Shown: piece after piece, positions 33,075 through 38,805 of the stretch
How the letters are laid out: the number at the start of each line of letters is the position of its first letter
Numbering within the stretch: position 1 is the stretch's first letter
Position numbers and translations under genes: made by a program
The notes under the pieces: generated by a model
Databases searched by the model: none
What the model was told of the DNA's origin: nothing
The model's input: the letters and a program-made list of their open reading frames with translations, nothing else
Virus record (IMG/VR): IMGVR_UViG_3300046804_003142
Location: 1 to 38,805 of that record
Reading direction: 5' to 3' (one strand)
Length of the DNA: 38,805 nucleotides
Source of the DNA: a virus
Lineage: Duplodnaviria; Caudoviricetes

Positions 33075-34523
33075 ATGGCTAACGGTCTTCTCAGCGATTG
33101 GATGTCAGGCACCGGTGTGTACGGTAGCCCTAATGCTATCGACCCATCGACCGGCGTACCGTATGCCGATGTGCGTTCAGCGCAGCTCGGTGCTCTTGGC
33201 AATATCGGATCTCTGTTGATCGCAGCAGGGCAACCGATGACAGGTGCGCAGCGTGCTCAGTTGCTCGGTCAGATCGGTCCTCAGTTAAGCGGTATGCAGA
33301 CCGACATCTATAACGCAGCACAGCGTCGCTTGATGCAGGCGCAGTTCCAAGACCAGATGGCCGCAAGAGCGTCACGCACAGCTTTGGCAGAAGAGGCAAA
33401 GGCTGACCCGCTGGCCTTTGAGAAAAAGTATGGGTTCAATCCGACTGGTTTGTCGGCAGAGTCAATATCATCGCTTGCACAGAAAGTTGCTGAGACGAAT
33501 GCACTGGCTGGTCCTGAACGCGAAGCTCGTGCGAGGGCGGCTGGTGCGCTCCGTACAACTGCTACAATTAGTCCAAGTCAGGCTTTGGCGGCTGGCGGTG
33601 GTCCCACTGTCGAAGCAGGTGCAATGATTGGCAAACCAACTGGTGCAAGTCGTTATGACCAGTATATGGCAGCTGGTGACGCAGCTGCCGCTTTGGGCAC
33701 TCCTGCTGGAGATAAAACAGCGCAGTATTACTATGATCTTGCGCAAAACTTTAAGCCTGTTCGTGAGAAACTTGGTCAAGGAGAACAGATTCTCGTTGAC
33801 GGAAAAGTTGTTGCGCAGGGTGCTCCTAAGCCTGTTGAACTTTCTACTGATGAGAAAAACTATAACGCTGCCGTGCGTGACGGATATGTTGGGTCATTCA
33901 TTCAATTCTTAATTGAAAAAGCACGCGCATCTTCTGGCGCTCCGCAAAGCAAATTTGAAGAAGAAATTGATAAGGGACAAGCAAAGTTCTTTACCGATGC
34001 ACGAACAGCTGCCGCAAAAGCATCTTCAGGCGCAAAAGACTTCGAACTTCTTGATCAGCTTATCAATGTAGCTCCGCAGGGACCAATTAAAGGCGCTCTT
34101 GCGCAACGGTTTAAGGGATTTACTAGTGCAGGCGCTGCATTTGAGTCTGTAGTAAAAAGACTTGCACCACAACAGCGTGCTGAAGGATCTGGGTCAACCT
34201 CTGACATTGAGTATCAAGGTATGTTGGATAGTTTGCCAAGCCTTTCAAATAAACCAGAAGCAAATAGATTAATTGCTGGAATGGCAAAGGCAAAGTTTGC
34301 TATTGATCAAGAGCGTGGCGCTGTAATCAAAGATTATGATACTGGTAAAATTACAAAGACAAAGGCTCTCGAAAAACTGTATGAACTTAACTCACGCAGT
34401 ATTATGACACCGGAATTACAAAATCTTATGGCTGGCGTTGGTGTAACTGCTGCGACTCCTGTTGCCGGCGGGTCTCTTTCTGGTGAAGGAGATTCTTTAT
34501 TTTGGTCTCCTGGGAGTATGTAA
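33075..34523 (+). CDS. Internal virion / ejection protein
   Basis: 482 aa, A/Q/G-rich with no Cys; GSGSTSD.E motif; position in the ejection block. Confidence 0.7.
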   Translation: MANGLLSDWMSGTGVYGSPNAIDPSTGVPYADVRSAQLGALGNIGSLLIAAGQPMTGAQRAQLLGQIGPQLSGMQTDIYNAAQRRLMQAQFQDQMAARASRTALAEEAKADPLAFEKKYGFNPTGLSAESISSLAQKVAETNALAGPEREARARAAGALRTTATISPSQALAAGGGPTVEAGAMIGKPTGASRYDQYMAAGDAAAALGTPAGDKTAQYYYDLAQNFKPVREKLGQGEQILVDGKVVAQGAPKPVELSTDEKNYNAAVRDGYVGSFIQFLIEKARASSGAPQSKFEEEIDKGQAKFFTDARTAAAKASSGAKDFELLDQLINVAPQGPIKGALAQRFKGFTSAGAAFESVVKRLAPQQRAEGSGSTSDIEYQGMLDSLPSLSNKPEANRLIAGMAKAKFAIDQERGAVIKDYDTGKITKTKALEKLYELNSRSIMTPELQNLMAGVGVTAATPVAGGSLSGEGDSLFWSPGSM

Positions 34524-36590
34524 ATGGCTGAGACAATTACGGTTAAAGGTCCAGAAGGTCTTACAGTACAATTCCCTGCTGGCACATCAAAAGATGTAAT
34601 TAACAAGGTGATGACTGAAGCGTACAATCGGAAGATTGGCGCACAAGTTGAACCTCAAACTGATGCTGAAATTGGTCGTGATGTAATCGGTCGCGTCGGT
34701 GTTGGTCAGGGTCTTCTTATGGGCTTTGGCGACGAGATTGCAGCATATATTAGAAGCACCGGCGGCGGTACTACAAGAGGCCGAGCAGCAGCTGTCGCTA
34801 AAGCGCGTGAAACCGGTGTGCAACCACCATCATACGAGCAAGCACTTGCAGAAGAGCGCGCAGGCATTGCCGCGGCTCGTGAACAATACCCTAAATCTGC
34901 ATTAGCGGCAGAATTAACAGGCGCACTTGCGCCAGCAGTAGCGACCCTCGGAGCTGCTGCACCGGTTACGGCTGCGCGCACTGGAACACTTGCTGGCAAC
35001 ATTGTTCGCGGTGCTGGTTATGGTATGGGCGTTGGTGCCGGCACAGGTGCTGTCAGTGGTTTTGGAACTGCGGAAGGCGGCGCAGGTGATCGCATTCTTG
35101 GGGCGACACAAGGCGCTCTAATTGGTGGCGCGACTGGCGGTGTTCTCGGTGCCGCTGTCCCAGCCGCATCTGGGTTTGCTAAATCACTTTTTGCATCGCC
35201 TGAAAAAAGAGCCGCACGTTGGGCGCAGAGCCTTCTTGAATCTGAAAATCTTACACCTGCACAGGTGAAGACAGACTATGCAGCAGCTCAGGCTGGCGGC
35301 GTGAAGCCTGAAATATTGGCCGACATTTATCCAGGAAGCGGTATTGCAAGAGAAACGCAGCGTCTTATTACATATCCAGGTGCTGACCGTAGAACTTTGA
35401 CAAAAGATCTCTATGAGCGCGCAAGAGAACAAGGACCGCGTATTACGACAGAGTTTGAGCAAGCTCTTGGAACGCAGCAAAAGATTTTCCCAGAGTTTGA
35501 CGCGCTTGAAAAAGCTCGTCGGACTAATGCTGCTCCGTTGTACGCTCAGGCATATCCAGAGCAAATCAGAAACAAAGCTCTTGATGATTTGATTACACGC
35601 GCACCGGATGAGGCATTTGCAGAGGCTCGTAAGGCAGCACGTTATGAGGGGTTAGACTTCCCAGATATTGTTGGGATAAATCGTGAAGGTAAAAGAGCTG
35701 TTGTTTTTGATTATACAGTCAAAGACATTGATATGCTAAAGCGTGGCCTTGATGACATTATCGAAAGAAATACTGACTCAATCACAGGTAAACTTAATAG
35801 TGAAGCTCGCCGCGCAGTTTCACTTAAGGACGACATATTGAACGCAGTGGATGCTCAATCACCGTCATATAAGATGGCTCGTGAAGCATGGGCTGGCCCC
35901 TCTTCTGTCATGTCTTCCATGAAAAAGGGACAACTTCTATTCAACGAAAGATCAGAAGTAACAGCAAAAGAAATTGCCAAGATGACGGATAGTGAAAAGG
36001 ACGGATTCCTTATCGGTGTACTTGATGCGATCAATCAGAAGATGGCTAATACTGCACAGCTTGGCTCTCGTGATGTAGCCGCTAAGTTTTTAACTGGTAA
36101 TGCAAAAGAGCAAATTAAAGCAGCATTGCGCGCTACAAATCGCACAGCAGACGAAGCAGAGAAGTTATCGAATCAATTAATTGATAACCTTGAGCGCGAA
36201 TACCAAATGCAGATGACAACGCGGCTTGCTACACCTTCAGCTACATCTCCTCTTTCTGAACAGCAGCAAGCATTCCGTGCAACGACTGGTGCAACAACTG
36301 GGTTTTTAAGCGACTTAAGAAGCGGTGGTAAATTTGGTTCTGCGCTTGCAGGTGCTCTCCAGCGTGGTGCGGAAAGAGCTTCACTTGGATTAACACAGCA
36401 AACGCTTGAGAGAACAAATAAAGCTCTAACGCCTTATTTCTTTGGTCGCAGTCAGTCTGAAGTTAATACAGCAATGGATATTCTTCAGCGTACCGCGCAA
36501 GAACAAGGACGTTATGCAACACAGAGAAATCTTGTACCGGGTCTCATGGGTGGACCAGTGAACGTATTAGCAGGCGAAATAAATCGATAA
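34524..36590 (+). CDS. Large internal virion / DNA transfer protein
   Basis: GP.G..V.FPAGTS N-terminus, GQGL.MGFGDEI, glycine zippers and a long helical body. Confidence 0.75.
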   Translation: MAETITVKGPEGLTVQFPAGTSKDVINKVMTEAYNRKIGAQVEPQTDAEIGRDVIGRVGVGQGLLMGFGDEIAAYIRSTGGGTTRGRAAAVAKARETGVQPPSYEQALAEERAGIAAAREQYPKSALAAELTGALAPAVATLGAAAPVTAARTGTLAGNIVRGAGYGMGVGAGTGAVSGFGTAEGGAGDRILGATQGALIGGATGGVLGAAVPAASGFAKSLFASPEKRAARWAQSLLESENLTPAQVKTDYAAAQAGGVKPEILADIYPGSGIARETQRLITYPGADRRTLTKDLYERAREQGPRITTEFEQALGTQQKIFPEFDALEKARRTNAAPLYAQAYPEQIRNKALDDLITRAPDEAFAEARKAARYEGLDFPDIVGINREGKRAVVFDYTVKDIDMLKRGLDDIIERNTDSITGKLNSEARRAVSLKDDILNAVDAQSPSYKMAREAWAGPSSVMSSMKKGQLLFNERSEVTAKEIAKMTDSEKDGFLIGVLDAINQKMANTAQLGSRDVAAKFLTGNAKEQIKAALRATNRTADEAEKLSNQLIDNLEREYQMQMTTRLATPSATSPLSEQQQAFRATTGATTGFLSDLRSGGKFGSALAGALQRGAERASLGLTQQTLERTNKALTPYFFGRSQSEVNTAMDILQRTAQEQGRYATQRNLVPGLMGGPVNVLAGEINR

Positions 36591-37079
36591 TTGAATAAGC
36601 AAAAATACGACATACTCGACATTGCGCGCTTCTATTCGAAGGTCGATGTAGGGAAAAGAGATGACTGCTGGCTGATTAACGGGACAGTGCCTACCGCCGA
36701 TGGGTATGGCACTTTCTCGATCAACGGGAAATCGATTCGCGCTCATCGTTTCTCGTATGAGGTATTCCACGGACCAATACCGCCAACGCTTCTTGTGCGA
36801 CATCGATGCGATACTCCGCTCTGCGTTAATCCGTATCACCTACAGACTGGCACAACAGCAGATAACGTGATGGATCGCGTTTTGCGAAATCGGTCTGCCA
36901 AGGGTGAAGGCAACGGCCAGTCTAAAATCACCGCTGAGATGGCTAAGAAAATCTTCCTTGATGAGCGACCGTATAGCCAGATCACTAAGACCTATGGGAT
37001 ACACAAATCGACGATCAGCCAGATCAAGGTCGGCAAGACGTGGTCTCATGTAACCGGCAAACGGTTTCTCCCAAAGTGA
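36591..37079 (+). CDS. HNH endonuclease (HNH_3 type) with C-terminal HTH
   Basis: RFYSKV...CW...DGYG.F...RAHRFSYE..HGPIP..L.VRHRCDTPLCVNPYHL..GT..DN..D. Start (TTG) is uncertain. Confidence 0.9.
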   Translation: MNKQKYDILDIARFYSKVDVGKRDDCWLINGTVPTADGYGTFSINGKSIRAHRFSYEVFHGPIPPTLLVRHRCDTPLCVNPYHLQTGTTADNVMDRVLRNRSAKGEGNGQSKITAEMAKKIFLDERPYSQITKTYGIHKSTISQIKVGKTWSHVTGKRFLPK

Positions 37080-37098
37080 AAAACTGATACTATTTCAA

Positions 37099-37183
37099 TG
37101 CGTTGAGCTTGCTCCGCACTGCCCGACCTCCCCAGGGCAGACGGCCCCCGTGTCTCCCATCAGGCATGGGGGCCAACTTTTTT
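37099..37183 (+). ncRNA. Candidate small RNA with three hairpins, C-rich anti-SD loops and an intrinsic terminator
   Basis: Extended -10 TG-A-TACTAT (37085-37093). Hairpins at 37099-37118, 37119-37140 (loop GACCTCCCCA) and 37143-37174 (13 bp, apex TCTCCCATC), then a T6 run. Confidence 0.55.
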
Positions 37184-37187
37184 CGAG

Positions 37188-37196
37188 TTATCCACA
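37188..37196 (+). promoter_or_regulatory. Perfect DnaA box TTATCCACA
   Basis: Exact 9-mer in intergenic DNA, 17 nt upstream of a candidate promoter TTGTGT-17-TAGGGT (37214-37242). Confidence 0.6.
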
Positions 37197-37285
37197 GGAA
37201 ATAATACTATAACTTGTGTCTATCGTATTAGTCAGATAGGGTGACCAAATCAGCGATGGGCTGAGAAACACGGAGACACGGAAAC

Positions 37286-37399
37286 ATGACAGAGCCAGAT
37301 CCACGAGTTGTACGGCTGCTCATAAATTTGCTTGCCATAACTCTTTTCTCAATTATCGTATTTGGTCTTGCATATATCGTTGATGGACACCTGCAATGA
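37286..37399 (+). CDS. 37-aa single-pass membrane peptide (not in the ORF track)
   Basis: MTEPDPRVVRLLINLLAITLFSIIVFGLAYIVDGHLQ; ATGA overlap with the next gene. Confidence 0.65.
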   Translation: MTEPDPRVVRLLINLLAITLFSIIVFGLAYIVDGHLQ

Positions 37400-37860
37400 C
37401 CAGCGTTGATTGGAACTCGCACTACAAAGAGGTGCGCTTGCGACTGCGTGCTGCACCGCAACGCAACATCGTAAAAGTAAAAGTTGAGGAGCCACCTGCA
37501 CCAGAGCCAGAACCTGTACCAGAAGTGGTACATGTCAAGCCAGAACCTGCACCGTTGCCGCCAATCGTGGCACGGCAATTCACGGAAGCGCATCTGTTGT
37601 TGCGTGCTGCTCGCATCTCGCCGCTCGCACGGTGGAAAGAAATTCTGAGGGACGTATGCGCAAAGCACAAGATCCACCCAGAAGCCGTTACTGGCAACTC
37701 GCGGCAAGCGCCTTTGGTAAAGTGTCGCCGAGAAGTGTACTGGCGACTCAGAACAGAACTCGGGATGAGCCTTTCCCAGATCGGGAACAAGTTGAACAAG
37801 GACCACACCAGCGTGCTTTACGGGGTGAGGGAATACGAGAAAGCATTGGGGAAGCAGTGA
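37396..37860 (+). CDS. Stand-alone DnaA C-terminal (domain IV) HTH protein
   Basis: I...VC.KH.I....V.G.SR...LV..R...YW.LR..LGMSLSQIG..L.KDHTSVLYG; no AAA+ domain; Pro/Glu linker. Confidence 0.82.
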   Translation: MTSVDWNSHYKEVRLRLRAAPQRNIVKVKVEEPPAPEPEPVPEVVHVKPEPAPLPPIVARQFTEAHLLLRAARISPLARWKEILRDVCAKHKIHPEAVTGNSRQAPLVKCRREVYWRLRTELGMSLSQIGNKLNKDHTSVLYGVREYEKALGKQ

Positions 37861-38204
37861 TGGACCACAGAGATGTACTTAAAGAAGCGCAGTCGCTTCT
37901 ATCGCAACGCGGTAACTCTTACGGGACAGTGCAAGAGAACCACGACAGAGCTGCCACGATTCTCAGCATTCTGACGGGGCGCAACTGCACACCGTATGAC
38001 GTGGCGCTGACCATGCTTGCAGTGAAACTTTCACGGCTTGCGCATCAACCGTCACACCATGACTCGTGGGTAGACGGGATCAACTACATGGCATTCTGTG
38101 CAGAGTTTACCGGCAAGGATGCGCCGCAGGCTGTGCTCGATTTTGCAGTGAAAAAGGTACAGGCAAACCTCAACGAAGCTCTTAGAGGAGATGGCAATGG
38201 TTGA
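37860..38204 (+). CDS. DUF6378-like phage protein (all-alpha, possibly nucleotide pyrophosphatase-related)
   Basis: L.EA..L...RG..YG...EN..R.A........DVAL.M..VKLSR......H.DSW.D..NY; start coupled to the previous stop (TGATG). Confidence 0.75.
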   Translation: MDHRDVLKEAQSLLSQRGNSYGTVQENHDRAATILSILTGRNCTPYDVALTMLAVKLSRLAHQPSHHDSWVDGINYMAFCAEFTGKDAPQAVLDFAVKKVQANLNEALRGDGNG

Positions 38205-38406
38205 AGTTAGACCAGACGGTGAAAACGAATACGTTATTCTGAAAGATCATGCTGTCGCAGGATGGGTGCAGATGGCACGAGATAAGAAATACCGCGCGCT
38301 GACAATCGATGGGCATCTCACACATCATTGGACGCTTACATCAGCCCTGTCAGCGGTCGCTGACGACGCAGAGGACATCGAACTCCATGTCACAGCAACT
38401 CAGTAA
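38197..38406 (+). CDS. Hypothetical protein
   Basis: AGGAG RBS; fills the gap before the exonuclease. Confidence 0.65.
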   Translation: MVEVRPDGENEYVILKDHAVAGWVQMARDKKYRALTIDGHLTHHWTLTSALSAVADDAEDIELHVTATQ

Positions 38407-38805
38407 TATTCCAGCGACGGAATACCATTCGTGGGATGCGTTATCAGCGTCTGGCGCGAAGCAATTACTCAGATCGCCAGCTCACTATCTCGCAGCGAAA
38501 GAGAATGAGCGTGATCCAACACCGGCAATGAAATTCGGCACACTTGTTCACGCAATGGTGTTGGAGCCAGAGACAATCGACACAGACTTCGCCGCAATGC
38601 CAAAGATTGACCGGCGCACATCAGCCGGCAAACAACAGGCAGAACTTTTTGCAGCGACGAACGCGGGTAAAACTGTTGTCGATTTCGATGACTTTCAACG
38701 GGCGCAGCGTGTAGCAGAGGCAGTCCGTTCGCATCATCTCTACAAGGAACTCTTGAAAGGCGCGAGCGTCGAGCAATCGTTCAAGTGGGAGCAACACGGT
38801 GTGCC
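38387..38805 (+). CDS. 5' part of the RecE/DUF3799-like exonuclease (continues through the join to 602)
   Basis: MSQQLSNIPATEYHSWDALSASGAKQLLRSPAHY...TPAMKFGTLVHAMVLEPE; GAGG RBS. Confidence 0.88.
   Translation, partial: MSQQLSNIPATEYHSWDALSASGAKQLLRSPAHYLAAKENERDPTPAMKFGTLVHAMVLEPETIDTDFAAMPKIDRRTSAGKQQAELFAATNAGKTVVDFDDFQRAQRVAEAVRSHHLYKELLKGASVEQSFKWEQHGV
38580..38805. repeat. Terminal direct repeat, right copy
   Basis: Matches 1-226 with one mismatch. Confidence 0.97.

Noticed and set aside
37099-37183. tRNA gene
   Set aside because: The hairpins are consecutive, with no closing acceptor stem, T-loop motif or CCA end.
37632-37859. 190-aa ORF start given in the track
   Set aside because: It overlaps the DnaA-IV gene out of frame; the ATG at 37860, coupled to the upstream stop, is the better start.
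37396-37860. dnaA gene or dnaA pseudogene (host contamination)
   Set aside because: There is no AAA+ remnant, and the ORF is intact and translationally coupled to phage genes on both sides.

Overview
The window is an apparently complete, circularly assembled genome of a tailed dsDNA phage with podovirus-type gene content. Bases 1-226 repeat at 38580-38805 with one synonymous mismatch, giving a unit length of about 38,579 bp, and a RecE/DUF3799-like exonuclease gene reads through the join. The replication/recombination operon runs from about 37286 through the join to 5259. It encodes a stand-alone DnaA domain-IV-like protein, a DUF6378-like protein, the exonuclease, an XRE-family HTH, a RuvC-like resolvase, an SSB-like protein and a primase-AAA_25 helicase, followed by an iteron-rich putative origin. 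Next come a palindrome-rich non-coding block (5260-5783), a minus-strand cassette of six probable early genes including a GP88-family protein (5784-7734), and terS. About 3.8 kb of accessory genes separate terS from terL: a small serine recombinase, a PP-loop/PAPS-reductase-like protein, an HNH nuclease, a class I GATase-like protein and an RMF-like protein. After terL come small basic proteins, a glycosyltransferase and a methyltransferase, then portal, scaffold and major capsid. Tail and fibre genes, a holin and GH108 endolysin, a tail tube/stabilisation gene, four ejection proteins, a second HNH nuclease and a candidate small RNA complete the circle. I saw no DNA or RNA polymerase, tyrosine or large serine integrase, tRNA or CRISPR. 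An alphaproteobacterial host is only inferred from motifs. The most unusual signals are: (i) a DnaA-domain-IV-only protein together with two perfect DnaA boxes at promoters; (ii) 8-nt GAAACACG tandem arrays over four start codons; (iii) a three-hairpin sRNA candidate with anti-Shine-Dalgarno loops; (iv) a PP-loop ATPase plus intact GATase pair lying behind a resolvase. All family assignments are by-eye motif recognition, not database searches.
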